In this document: one piece after another, positions 48,523 to 58,900 of the stretch | Numbering within the stretch: position 1 is the first letter of the stretch | How the letters are laid out: each line of letters opens with the position of its first letter | Assembly (NCBI GenBank): GCA_963666565.1 | Contig: OY762911.1 | Location: forward strand, 3,488,001-3,552,000 | DNA from: Thermoanaerobaculia bacterium | GTDB lineage: Bacteria > Acidobacteriota > Thermoanaerobaculia > Multivoradales > Multivoraceae | Direction: 5' to 3' | Length of the DNA: 64,000 nucleotides | Translations under genes and position numbers: made by a program | The notes under the pieces: model-generated | Database searches by the model: none | Seen by the model: only the letters and a program-made list of their open reading frames with translations | What the model was told of the DNA's origin: nothing

Positions 48523-49091
48523 GGCGCGCCTCCCCCGGGAGCGCCGGGGAGCGCGCCGGCGGCGGGCGGGGCAACCCGCGGCCCGCCAGGCGGCGGCTCG
48601 CCGGTTGCGCCGGCGGCCGGGAGGGTCCAACAGCCCCCTCCGCCGCGGGAAGCCGGCGCCCGCGCCGGCGACGCCGCGATCCGGTTCCTGTCCGCGAGCT
48701 TGAGCGGCACGGACGGCGCCTTGTTCAGACGCTGGTTCGCCGGATCCACCTCGACTCCGAGCGACTCCAGCGCGGTCACGCCGAGCAGCGGTTCGGCGTC
48801 GTCCGGGCCGAAGACGACGGTGCTGCCGACGAGGTCGCCCAACAACTCCAACTGGGCCACGGCCACGTCCATCTCGAGTTGCCTGCCGTCGGCCAGGCTG
48901 TAGGTGCGCCGGCCCTGGGGCCTCAGCCCGATGGACTCCAGCCGCCGCTTCGGCACGAGCGGGTCGATCGCTCCCGTGTCGACCAGGAACTCGCCCTCCC
49001 AGCACCGCTCGGCATCGGCCGGATTGCGGACCGTGACCCGCAGATGCGTCAATCCCATATCCCCTGTCTCCCTTCTCTTCGTCGGTCTCAT
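48519..49091 (-). CDS. Clan AA (retropepsin-like) aspartic protease; start 49091 or 49058
   Basis: FLVDTGA, LADG, PLLGVTALE; ATGA overlaps with both neighbours. Confidence 0.85.
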   Translation of the reverse strand: MRPTKRRETGDMGLTHLRVTVRNPADAERCWEGEFLVDTGAIDPLVPKRRLESIGLRPQGRRTYSLADGRQLEMDVAVAQLELLGDLVGSTVVFGPDDAEPLLGVTALESLGVEVDPANQRLNKAPSVPLKLADRNRIAASPARAPASRGGGGCWTLPAAGATGEPPPGGPRVAPPAAGALPGAPGGGAP

Positions 49092-52000
49092 CGTGTCGGC
49101 CCCCCGCGGCTCTGCCGCATCGGTTCCCCGGTTTCGGCGGCCTCGATCAGCGAACCGAGCGGCACGTCGAAGACCGCCCTCGTTCGCTCGTCGGCCAGCA
49201 ACCTGTTGAACGGATCCCGCACTCGCAGCAACTCCGGCGACGGCGTCGCACAGTCGAGCACGGCGTAGAGCCAGTAACGGTCGCCCAGCTTGCATGCCTG
49301 CGCCCATTCGTTGGCCTGGACGGCCACGGCGCCGCGGCCCGCGCGCCCCTTCACCTCGATGCAGCGTTCCACGCCGTCAGGCCCGGTCGAGAGCAGGTCG
49401 AAGCCCGGCCAGTCGGGGAGGCCGGCGGCGCGGGCGAGCGCGGGCCTGGAGACGTCCCGCACTTTTGCACCTCGCGCGCGTTCCCGGTCGGCCGCGATGC
49501 GGACCGCCATCTCCTCCACCGCTTCGTCGAGGCGTTCGGCGCCCTCGCCGGCGGGCGCATCCTCCGGGCGCACGACCAGCGCGTGGAGCAGGAACCGGCA
49601 GCCGCCGGGAACGACCAGCCCCGGTTGCCGGTCGATCTGCTCCAGCGCGCGACGGCGTTCCGCCGACAGGCGCTTCTGCGCGTCCTTCACGGCTTCCAGC
49701 TCTTCGCCGCGGCGCTCCGCCGAGCCCCGGCCGTCGCGCGCGAGCCCGGCGCGCGTCGAGGCGAGCTCGGCAGCGCGGAGATCGAACCCCACGGCGGCGC
49801 GCCGGCGACGTTCCGGCAGCTCCGCCTCGCGTTCGGCGCGCAGGTCGCCGGCAAGTTCATCGAGGAGAGAGGCGAGATGGACGCCGGCCCGCGCCCGGAG
49901 TTCCGGCGCGCGGGGCGCCAGCGGCGCGAGGCCGGGCGCCAGACCGGTCGGGGCAAGCGACAGGAGCTGCTCGGCCGGGCACTGCTCGGGCGGCTCGCCG
50001 GCCCGCTGGCGCAGCGCGACCAGGCGCCGCTCGACGACCCGGCGCCCGGCGCCTGAAACGCCGCCGCCGGCAACCCGCTCCTGCCCGACCCGCGCCGCGG
50101 CCGACGGATCGGGAAGCGTCTCGGCCCGGATCTCGGCCCCAATCTCGGCCCAAATCTCGGCGACATGCAGCAGGTACGGTTCCTCCGCCGACGAATCGAC
50201 GAAGATCGCTCCCCGCAGCGCGTCGTTCCCGTGGCCCGCCCGGACCTCCGCGCACAGCGCGTCGAAGAGCGGCTCGCCGGGATGCAGCCAGATGCCGGAG
50301 TCGTCCCCACGCGGCCGCCGCACCGTCAGCCACTCGCGCGCCTCGGCGGGATAGGCGTCGAGCGCTGGCAGCAGCGGGTCGAGCGCGCCGCGCCGGCCCG
50401 GGACCAGCGCGAACCGGTCGTCCAGGTCGCCGCGGATGCCGATGCCGAGCAGCCGGGCGCCGCGCTCCACCAGGCGGCGGACATGGGCCGGCAGGAGTTC
50501 CAGGTAGCGTTCCCGCTCCACCTCGCCGCGCAGATCCCCGCCGGTCGCCGCGCGCTCCGGCGGGCCGCAGATCTCGGCGTCGCGCTCGACGACCCTCTTC
50601 ACCCGGGCAGCGCCGACCGCCCGCTCGATCCGCGCGACCGCCCGCCGCTCGCCCTCCTCGCTCGCGGCGTTCGCCATGAACCGGGTCAGGGACTCGCCCT
50701 CGAACAGCCGGCCGACGACGTCGAACACCTTGTCGGACCGGAGATCGCGCCGGATCTCGTCGAGCTTCTCCAGCAGCACGCGCAGCACCCGGCCTTCGCG
50801 GGTGGTGCCGGCCACCAGGTTGAAGATGCGAACCTCCGACCGCTGGCCGTAGCGGTGGATGCGGCCCATCCGCTGCTCCAGCCGCGCCGGGTTCCAGGGG
50901 ATGTCGTAGTTGACCATCAGGCGGCAGAACTGCAGGTTGATGCCCTCGCCGGCGGCGTCGGTGGCCACCATGTAGCGCGCGCCGTTCGGGCGGCGGAACT
51001 CCGCCACCTGGCGCTCGCGTTCCCGCCAGTCCATGCCGCCGTGGATCTGCGCCGTCCGGCCCCGGTAGCCGAGCCCCTCCAGCCGCCGCACGAGATGGTC
51101 CACCGTGTCCCGATGCTCGCTGAAGACGAGCCACTTCTCGTCCAAGTAGTCGGGATCCTCGAGGACCTCGCGGAGCCGCTCGAACTTCGTCTCCCGCCCG
51201 GAATCGAGCAGCCGGCGCGCCCGGCGGGCCAGTCCGCGGACCTCTTCGGCTTCCCGCCGCAACTCCTCCGCCCCCACCGCGGAGACCGCGCCGAGCACCG
51301 CGTCCTCCCACGCCTCGTTGCCCTCGGCCCAGCCCTCGGCGGCCGCGTCGTCGTCCGCGCCGGTGAGGTCGAACCAGTCGTGCCGATAGCGCTCGTTCAG
51401 CCGCCGCTGCCTCTGCCGGAGCAGATCCGCCGAGAGTTCACCGCCATCGATGGCGTCCGCGGTCAGCGTCAGCTTCTCGATCCGCCGTTCGAAGGAGCGG
51501 AGCAGAGCCCACGTCGAACTGGCGAGGCGGCGCTGGAAGACGGTCTTCGCGAGTTCGACCGCGGGCCGGTTGTCCAAGGCGCGGCCATAGCGCCGGTCGA
51601 GGTAGCGCGTGGTCCGCTCGTAGAGGTCCTGCTCGCCGTCCCCGCCGCTGCTCAGGGGGTAGCTGAACGTGCTGCACCGGCGCGGCGGGTACAGGGGACG
51701 GCCGTCGAGACCGACCATCTCCTCCTTCGTGCGGCGAAGGAAATGGCGGTGGCGGGCGGACCGGGGGACGCGCCGGACCGCCTCCGCCGCCCCGAACGCG
51801 CCGGCGTCGAGCAGCCGCCACAACCAGGCGTAGGGCAGGCGCCTGCCCATGTGCGGCGTGGCCGTGAGCAGGAGCAGATGGCGCGCCGTCCAGCCGAGAC
51901 CCTCGAACGGACTCTCCGTCTCGGCGTCGCCGATGGCCAGCGCCTCCGCCAGCCGGTAGCGGCGGGTTCTCTCGACGCGGCTTCCCCGCTGGCGGACGCC

Positions 52001-52792
52001 GAGCTTGTGCGCCTCGTCGAAGACGACCAGGTCGTACGGCTGACCGCCCGCCCGGCGAAGCGCGTCGAACGTCGTCTCCCCGGCAAGCGTGTCGAGCGAC
52101 ACGATGACGCGATCGGCGCCGGGGCCTCGAAACGGGTCGCGGCCGCGCGCGTCCGCGCCGGAGACGATGCGGAAGTCGAGCCGGAACAGCGTCAGGAGCT
52201 CCCGCCGCCAGTTGCCGACGAGGCCGGCCGGAGGAACGATCAGCACCCGCTCGATACGGCCCCTCGACAGCATCTCGCGGACGTAGAGGCCGGTCATGAT
52301 CGTCTTGCCGGCGCCGGCGTCGTCGGCGAGCAGGAATCGGAGCGGGTCCTGCTTCAGCATCCGCTCGTAAACGGCGAAGCGCTGGTGCAGGAGCGGATCG
52401 ATGCGCGACGTCTCGACCGCGAAGGCCGGGTTGAACTGGTGGCCGTAGGACAGCCGCAGCGCGTCGGCCACCGCGAGCACCGCTTCCGGGTCGCCCGCGA
52501 AATCCAGCGGCACGCCGCCAGCCGCCGCCGGTCGCAGCCCCCGCATCGGCCGCGGCGCCGACTCGGCGGCCGACTCTTCGGCGAGCTGCGCCAGCTTCTC
52601 GGCCGCCAGCCGGCGTGGCCGGGACTGGCCGGACTCCCAGCGGTGGACAGTGATCGTCGACACGCCCAGCCGTTCGGCGAACCGCTCCTGGGTCAGACCG
52701 AGGCGGCCTCGAAGCCGCCTGACTTCGGCGCCGGCCTCGGCGGCGGATCCCCTGGAGAGAGCGTTCGCGGCCATGGCCGCGAACGCTAGCAC
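49088..52792 (-). CDS. SNF2-family helicase with N-terminal XRE HTH and C-terminal DUF3883 nuclease-like domain
   Basis: LGLTQERFAERLGVS..TVHRWESG; LLADDAGAGKT, DEAH, TATP, QRMGRIHRYGQ; FDLLS..IEVKG. Confidence 0.9.
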   Translation of the reverse strand: MLAFAAMAANALSRGSAAEAGAEVRRLRGRLGLTQERFAERLGVSTITVHRWESGQSRPRRLAAEKLAQLAEESAAESAPRPMRGLRPAAAGGVPLDFAGDPEAVLAVADALRLSYGHQFNPAFAVETSRIDPLLHQRFAVYERMLKQDPLRFLLADDAGAGKTIMTGLYVREMLSRGRIERVLIVPPAGLVGNWRRELLTLFRLDFRIVSGADARGRDPFRGPGADRVIVSLDTLAGETTFDALRRAGGQPYDLVVFDEAHKLGVRQRGSRVERTRRYRLAEALAIGDAETESPFEGLGWTARHLLLLTATPHMGRRLPYAWLWRLLDAGAFGAAEAVRRVPRSARHRHFLRRTKEEMVGLDGRPLYPPRRCSTFSYPLSSGGDGEQDLYERTTRYLDRRYGRALDNRPAVELAKTVFQRRLASSTWALLRSFERRIEKLTLTADAIDGGELSADLLRQRQRRLNERYRHDWFDLTGADDDAAAEGWAEGNEAWEDAVLGAVSAVGAEELRREAEEVRGLARRARRLLDSGRETKFERLREVLEDPDYLDEKWLVFSEHRDTVDHLVRRLEGLGYRGRTAQIHGGMDWRERERQVAEFRRPNGARYMVATDAAGEGINLQFCRLMVNYDIPWNPARLEQRMGRIHRYGQRSEVRIFNLVAGTTREGRVLRVLLEKLDEIRRDLRSDKVFDVVGRLFEGESLTRFMANAASEEGERRAVARIERAVGAARVKRVVERDAEICGPPERAATGGDLRGEVERERYLELLPAHVRRLVERGARLLGIGIRGDLDDRFALVPGRRGALDPLLPALDAYPAEAREWLTVRRPRGDDSGIWLHPGEPLFDALCAEVRAGHGNDALRGAIFVDSSAEEPYLLHVAEIWAEIGAEIRAETLPDPSAAARVGQERVAGGGVSGAGRRVVERRLVALRQRAGEPPEQCPAEQLLSLAPTGLAPGLAPLAPRAPELRARAGVHLASLLDELAGDLRAEREAELPERRRRAAVGFDLRAAELASTRAGLARDGRGSAERRGEELEAVKDAQKRLSAERRRALEQIDRQPGLVVPGGCRFLLHALVVRPEDAPAGEGAERLDEAVEEMAVRIAADRERARGAKVRDVSRPALARAAGLPDWPGFDLLSTGPDGVERCIEVKGRAGRGAVAVQANEWAQACKLGDRYWLYAVLDCATPSPELLRVRDPFNRLLADERTRAVFDVPLGSLIEAAETGEPMRQSRGGPTR
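52760..52787. promoter_or_regulatory. Perfect 28-bp palindrome at the helicase start region
   Basis: agcgttcgcggcca|tggccgcgaacgct, centred on the alternative ATG 52774. Confidence 0.5.
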
Positions 52793-52817
52793 AAGTCGCC
52801 TCCGTGAATCTCCAGAA

Positions 52818-52841
52818 TCGACCTATCAAATGATAGATCGA
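52818..52841. promoter_or_regulatory. Putative operator overlapping the -10 of the helicase gene
   Basis: TCGA-c-CTATCA-aa-TGATAG-a-TCGA; contains minus-strand TATCAT; GGAGG RBS precedes GTG 52792. Confidence 0.55.
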
Positions 52842-52869
52842 CGACTCGTGCCTGCGAACCGGCGGACGG

Positions 52870-54279
52870 CTAGGCCCCGTCCGAGTCCCTGGCCTGGTCC
52901 TGAGCTGCCCTGGCCGCCTCCATGTCGTCCTCGTCCGGCATCAGGATGAACTCGGGGTACGACTCGATGCCGAGTTCGGCCATGTCCTGACCGAGTTCCT
53001 CCACTCTCGGCGAAACCCTCACGCCGATCGTCTTGTCGAGCACCCACCACAGGAGCATCGAAGAGCCGAACGCGAAGGCGCCGATCGCGACGATGCCGAT
53101 GACCTGCGGCACGAAGCTGCCGCCCGCCGCGATGCAGACGGCGAGGGTGCCCCAGATGCCGGCGAACAGGTGCACCGGAACCGCGCCGACGACGTCGTCG
53201 AGCTTCATCCGCTCGAGCAGCCTCATGCCGGCGACCGTGACGACGCCGCCGACGCCGCCGATGAGAAGCGCCCAGTGATGTCCGACGAGATCGGGTCCCG
53301 CCGTCACGCCGACGAGCCCGCCGAGCGCTCCGTTGAGCACGGCCAGCAGATCGACCCGGCCCAGCAGCGGCCGCGACAGGGCGAGCGCCGCGACGACGCC
53401 GGCGGCGGCCCCCAGGTTCGTGTTGATCAGCAGGTTGCCCATCGCCGTCGCGTCGGCGGCGCCGCCGAGCGCGAGCTGCGAACCGCCGTTGAAGCCGAAC
53501 CAGCCCAGCCAGAGGATGAACACGCCGAGCGTGACGATCGGCACGTTCGAGGGCGGCGTCGCCTTGACGCTGCCGTCGGCGCGGAACTTCCCGCTCCGGG
53601 CGCCGACCATGAGGATGCCGGCGAGGGCCGCCCATCCTCCGGTCGAGTGGACGATCGTCGAGCCGGCGAAGTCCTGGAATCCGAGTTCGGCGAGCCAGCC
53701 GCCGCCCCAGGTCCAGGCGCCGACGATCGGGTAGATCACGGCGGTCAGGACGGCCGTGAAGGCAAGGAAGGACCACAGCTTGACCCGTTCGGCCAGCGCG
53801 CCCGAGACGATCGAGGCGGTGGTGGCCACGAAGGTCATCTGGAAGAACCAGCTCGACATCTCGGAGTAGTTCTCGTCCGGCGCGTGGTACGCGGCGCCGC
53901 CGAGCACGGCCATCTCTTCCGGCGACGCTTCGAAGAGCGGCCGGATCGAGCCGATCCAGCCGCTGACGTCGACGTACATCAGGTTGTAGCCGATCACGTA
54001 GTACGCGATGCCCGCGATCGAGTACAGGCCGATGTTCTTCATGCAGATGACGGACGCGTTCTTGGTCCGTACCGAGCCGGCCTCGAGCATCGTGAAACCG
54101 GCGCACATCCACATGATGAACGCGCCCCACACCAGGAACGCGTAGGTGTTGAAGACGTAAGTCGCCTCGCCGGAAACCTGGGCGCCCGCCGCCGAAGCGA
54201 CGAGCAGAAGCGCGACTCCGGCGAGGACCGCCTTCACCGTCGCCTGTCTCGGTTGGAACGTCCGCGGGCTCGTCTTCAT
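52870..54279 (-). CDS. amtB: Ammonium transporter
   Basis: GFTMLEAGSVR, FFQMTF, DFAGSTIVH, GWFGFNGGS, DDVVGAVPVH. Confidence 0.93.
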   Translation of the reverse strand: MKTSPRTFQPRQATVKAVLAGVALLLVASAAGAQVSGEATYVFNTYAFLVWGAFIMWMCAGFTMLEAGSVRTKNASVICMKNIGLYSIAGIAYYVIGYNLMYVDVSGWIGSIRPLFEASPEEMAVLGGAAYHAPDENYSEMSSWFFQMTFVATTASIVSGALAERVKLWSFLAFTAVLTAVIYPIVGAWTWGGGWLAELGFQDFAGSTIVHSTGGWAALAGILMVGARSGKFRADGSVKATPPSNVPIVTLGVFILWLGWFGFNGGSQLALGGAADATAMGNLLINTNLGAAAGVVAALALSRPLLGRVDLLAVLNGALGGLVGVTAGPDLVGHHWALLIGGVGGVVTVAGMRLLERMKLDDVVGAVPVHLFAGIWGTLAVCIAAGGSFVPQVIGIVAIGAFAFGSSMLLWWVLDKTIGVRVSPRVEELGQDMAELGIESYPEFILMPDEDDMEAARAAQDQARDSDGA

Positions 54280-54405
54280 CGCTTGTCTCCGGCTCTGGTT
54301 GTAGTCGCCCGCCCCTGACCGGAGGGCGGCTGAATCGCGAAACCACCTGATGACGTTTCGGGGAGCGACCATTCTAGCGCCTGTCTTCCGGGAGACGCTC
54401 CGCCC

Positions 54406-55908
54406 CTAGGCCAGGATCTCCTCCACCACCCGGCCGTGGACGTCCGTCAACCGGAAGTCGCGGCCGCTGTAGCGGTACGTCAAGCGCTCGTGGTCGATCC
54501 CGAGTCGGTGCAGGATCGTCGCGTTCAGGTCGTGGATGTGCACGCCGCCCGAGACGATGTTGTAGCAGTGGTCGTCCGTCTCGCCGTACGTCTTCCCCGG
54601 TTCGATGCCGGCGCCGGCCATCCAGACGGTGTAGCAGCGGCCGTGGTGGTCGCGTCCGTAGTCGTCCTCCGTGAGCGCGCCCTGGCAGTAGACGGTGCGG
54701 CCGAACTCGCCGCCCCAGACGACGAGCGTGTCTTCCAGCAGTCCCCGCTGCTCCAGGTCGGCGACCAGGGCCGCCGAGGCGCGGTCCACGTCGCCGCACT
54801 GCAGGCGGATGTCGCTCGGCAGGTCGCCGTGCTGGTCCCAGCCGCGGTGGTAGAGCTGAATGAAGCGGACGTCCCGCTCGGCGAGCCGCCGCGCCAGCAG
54901 GCAGTTCGCGGCGTAGGTGCCCGGCGTGCGCGCGTCCTCGCCGTAAAGGTCGAACGTGCTCTGCGGCTCGCTCGACGTGTCGACCAGTTCGGGCACCGAG
55001 GCCTGCATCCGGTAGGCCATCTCGTACTGCGCGATGCGGGCGGCGATCTCGGGATCGCCGAACTCCTCGTGATGCCGCTCGTTCAGCTTCGCGACGACGT
55101 CCAGCATCCGCCGCCGGACGCCACGGTCGATTCCCGGCGGATCGGAGAGGTAGAGGACCGGATCCTCCGCCGCGCGCAGGTTCACGCCCTGGTGCTCCGA
55201 GGGCAGAAAGCCGGCACCCCAGAGCCGCTGGAACAGGGCCTGCGACTCGCGCCGGGCGCTGCCCTGGGAGATCAGCACGATGAAGGCCGGCAGATCGTCG
55301 TTCTCGGAGCCGATGCCGTAGCTCAACCAGGCGCCCAGGCTGGGACGCCCGGGCTGCTGGTGTCCCGTCTGCAGGTAGGTGATGCCCGGGTCGTGGTTGA
55401 TCGCCTCGGTATGCACCGCCTTGAGGAAGCAGAGCTTGTCGGCGATCCTCGCGGTATGCGGCATCAGTTCGCTGACCCAGGCGCCGCTCTCTCCGTGTTG
55501 AGCGAACTCGAACATGGACGCGGTGATCGGGAACTCGGCCTGGTTCGCCGTCATCCCGGTCACCCGCTGGTCGCCGCGCACCGAGGCGGGAAGCTCCTGG
55601 CCGTGCCACTCGGCCAGACGCGGCTTGTAGTCGAAGAGATCGATCTGCGACGGCGCGCCGGACTGGAACAGGTAGATCACCCGCTTCGCCCGGGCCGGGA
55701 AGTGAACGCCGCCGAGCGCGCCAAGCGCCTCCCGAGCCTCGTCGCGCGCCGCCCACGACGGCCCCGGATCGAGCAGCGAGGAGAGCGCCGCGACGCCGAT
55801 TCCCGTGCTCGCCATTCCGAAGAACTGGCGCCGGTTGACGCCGAGCGCGTAGTCGGACCGGGGATCCGCTCCCGGGTTGCTCGCGTTCATCGCTCTCTTC
55901 CCGTTCAC
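54406..55908 (-). CDS. DUF1501 domain protein with Tat-like signal
   Basis: [45 protein letters not shown]; start 55908 or 55890. Confidence 0.9.
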   Translation of the reverse strand: MNGKRAMNASNPGADPRSDYALGVNRRQFFGMASTGIGVAALSSLLDPGPSWAARDEAREALGALGGVHFPARAKRVIYLFQSGAPSQIDLFDYKPRLAEWHGQELPASVRGDQRVTGMTANQAEFPITASMFEFAQHGESGAWVSELMPHTARIADKLCFLKAVHTEAINHDPGITYLQTGHQQPGRPSLGAWLSYGIGSENDDLPAFIVLISQGSARRESQALFQRLWGAGFLPSEHQGVNLRAAEDPVLYLSDPPGIDRGVRRRMLDVVAKLNERHHEEFGDPEIAARIAQYEMAYRMQASVPELVDTSSEPQSTFDLYGEDARTPGTYAANCLLARRLAERDVRFIQLYHRGWDQHGDLPSDIRLQCGDVDRASAALVADLEQRGLLEDTLVVWGGEFGRTVYCQGALTEDDYGRDHHGRCYTVWMAGAGIEPGKTYGETDDHCYNIVSGGVHIHDLNATILHRLGIDHERLTYRYSGRDFRLTDVHGRVVEEILA

Positions 55909-58900
55909 TGCCTGGTCACCGCCTCGTCCAGGTTGAACAGGGCGCTGGCCGCCACGGTCCAGGCGGCGACTTCGACGCGCGGCATTGTCTCGTCCGCCGG
56001 CCGTTCGCCGACCTTGAGGAGGTCCGCCGCCGCGGCTGGATTCTCCGAGTAGCTCCGGCGCAGGTCCGCCACCAGATCGAGCAGGGCGTCCCGTTCGATG
56101 TCCGTCGGCGGACGGGACACGATCCGCCGGTGGAGCGCCTCCACCGTCTCCGCGTCGCCGCCGCCCCGTCTGGCGAGCACGTCCTCCGCCAGCACCCGCG
56201 CCGCCTCGACGAACTGCGGGTCGTTCATCAGCACCAGCGCCTGGAGCGGCGTGTTGGAGCGCGACCGTTCCACCACGCAGGTCTCCCGGTTCGGCGCGTC
56301 GAACACAAGCATGTTCGGCGGCGGCACCGTCCGCTTCCAGAAGGTGTAGAGGCTGCGCCGGTAGAGCGCCTCGCCGTGGTCCTGCTCGAAGATGCCGGCG
56401 CTGAAGCGGCCGCGGCTCTCGTAGCCGATCTCGCGCCACAGGCCCGGCGGCTGGTACGGCTTGACGCTGGGGCCGCCGAGCTTCTCGACCAGCAGGCCGG
56501 AGGCGGCCAGGGCGCCGTCGCGGATGACCTCCGCGTCGAGCCGGAAGCGGGACGCCCGCGCCAGCAGCCGGTTCTCCGGGTCGCGCTCGATCAGTTCGGG
56601 GCTCGCGCGGGAACTCTGCCGATAGGTCGCGGAGAGCACGATCGTCTTCTGGAGCGCCTTGAGGTCCCAGTCCCGGCGGACCAGTTCGCTCGCCAGCCAG
56701 TCGAGCAGTTCCGGGTGGGAAGGCCACTCCCCCTGGGCGCCGAAGTCGCCGGAGGTCGCCACCAGGCCGCGGCCGAAGAACCGCTGCCAGAGCCGGTTGG
56801 CCGTCACCCGCGCGGTCAGCGGATGATCCCCGCTCACCAGCCAGCGCGCCAGGCCGAGCCGGTTCTTCGGCAGATCCTCCGGGATCGGCGGCAGAACGGC
56901 GGGCACCCCCGCCTCGACTTCGTCCGTCTGCTGGTCGTACTCGCCGCGACGCAGGACGAAGGTCGGCCGCGGATCGTCCATCTCGCGCATGATCATCGTG
57001 GTCGGCACCGCCGTCTCCATGCGGCGCAGACGCTCCGAGAGTTCGGCGTAGCGCTCCTCGTGCGGCCGCCACGGCGGCCAATGGTGGCGACGGAAGCGAT
57101 GCCGGACGGCCGTCGCCTGCTCTTCGGTCCGCTGGTCCTCGGGCAGCCCGACGAGGTACTCGAACTTGCGGGAAGCCGCCGCCAGCGCCGGCCAGGGCGC
57201 CGGCAGCGCGTCCGGCTCGACAGCCGGGAAGGCGGTCTCGGGCGCGTCCGACACGGTCAGCCGGAAGCGGCGCAGCGTCTTCTGCCGGTAGCTCGACTCC
57301 TGGCGCAGCACGATCCGCAGACGCAGTCCGCCCGAGCGGAGGGCGCCGGCCTCCGGAACGACGGAGGGGGCCGGTTCCCCGTTCGCTGCGGCGCCGCGGC
57401 TGTCCGTGTCGGCTTCCGAACCGTCGACGCCGAAGGCGTCCCGGCCCCGCGGCGAGCCGACCAGGAACACCGCGGTGCGCGCCGTGGGCCGGGCCGCGTA
57501 GCCCGCGCCCCAGCCGGTCTCCGGGTCGCCGTCGATCGCCAGTTCCACGGCCATCGACGGCGTCGCGTAGTCGGCGTAGGCGCCGGACAGGTCGAGCGGC
57601 AGGAAGGCGGATTCGCCGCCATCGGCGCCGGCGACGGCGCCTGTCGCGCCACGCCGGACGTTCGCGCCGCCGGACGGACCGGCCGCGACGAGCGCCGACA
57701 CCTCGATCTCGGTGAGGACGAAGCTGCCGTCCGAACCGCGGCCGATCCCGGCGCCCGGTTCGGCCGTGCCGCGGAACGTCTCCAGGCGCAGCGCTCCGAT
57801 CCGCTCCAGGCCGGTCCGGGCCTCGATCGCGTAGACGTCCGTCGGCGGGTTCTCGCCGGAGACCTCGATCGACCCGTCGTGGAGCACGACCATTCCGGCC
57901 CCGCCCAGCGATTCGAGGCTGACGACTTCCAGCGGCCGCCACCGCTCGGCCAGCCTCCCGTCCCACTCCCGCTGCCAGGCGGCCTGGGCGGCCTCGGCGT
58001 CCGGGTCCGCCCCGTCGAGCATCGCGTCGAGCGGACCGAGCTCCGCCGTCAACTCGTCCAACTCCGCGCGCTGGCCGCCGTCCGGCGCCAGGACCCGGGG
58101 TTCGGCGTTGCCCTCGCTGCCGTCCAGCCCGACCTCGTCGACCGTGTTGAAGAAGGCGGCGAGGCGGTAGTACTCCCGCTGGCTGATCGGATCGAACTTG
58201 TGGTCGTGGCACTTGGCGCAACCCGCCGTCAGCCCCATCCACACCGTGGCCGTCGTGTCGGTGCGGTCGAAGACGTACTGGACCCGATACTCCTCCGGGA
58301 TCGCGCCGCCCTCGAAGTTGATCATGTGGTTGCGGTTGAAGCCGGTGGCCAGCAACTGCCTCGGCGTCGGGTCCGGCAGCAGGTCGCCCGCGAGCTGGTC
58401 CACGGTGAACTCGTCGAACGGCTGGTTGCGGTTGAAGGCGTCGATCACCCAGTCGCGCCAGCGCCACATGAACCGTTCGTTGTCGATGTGGTAGCCGTTC
58501 GTGTCGGCGTAGCGGGCGGCGTCCAGCCAGGAACGGGCCATGTGCTCGCCGTAGCGCTCCGACGCGAGCAGCCGGTCGACCAGGCGCTCCCAGGCGTCCG
58601 GCCGGTCGTCGGCGACGAAGGCCTCCACCTCGGCCGGCGACGGCGGCAACCCGGTCAGGTCGAGCGACAACCGTCTCGCCAGGGTACGGCGGTCAGCCTC
58701 GGGCGCGGGCGCGAGACCTTCCCGTTCCAGCCGCGCGAGCACGAAGAGGTCGAGGTCGCCGCGGGCCCAACCCCGGTTCGCTGCCGCCGGCGGATCCGGG
58801 CGCCGCGGAGGCCGGTAGGCCCAGTGGTCCTCGAACTCGGCGCCCTGGAGGATGAACCGGCCCAGAATCCCGATCTCGCGCCCGGTGAGGGTCGATCCCG

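Noticed and set aside
38092-52870. Integrative element or prophage carrying the defence genes
   Set aside because: No integrase, tRNA, phage genes or flanking direct repeats seen
54301-54370. Three-way-junction fold upstream of amtB as a glutamine riboswitch
   Set aside because: Lacks recognisable glnA-motif nucleotides, and the likely -10 (TAGAAT, 54371-54376) would start transcription inside the outer stem
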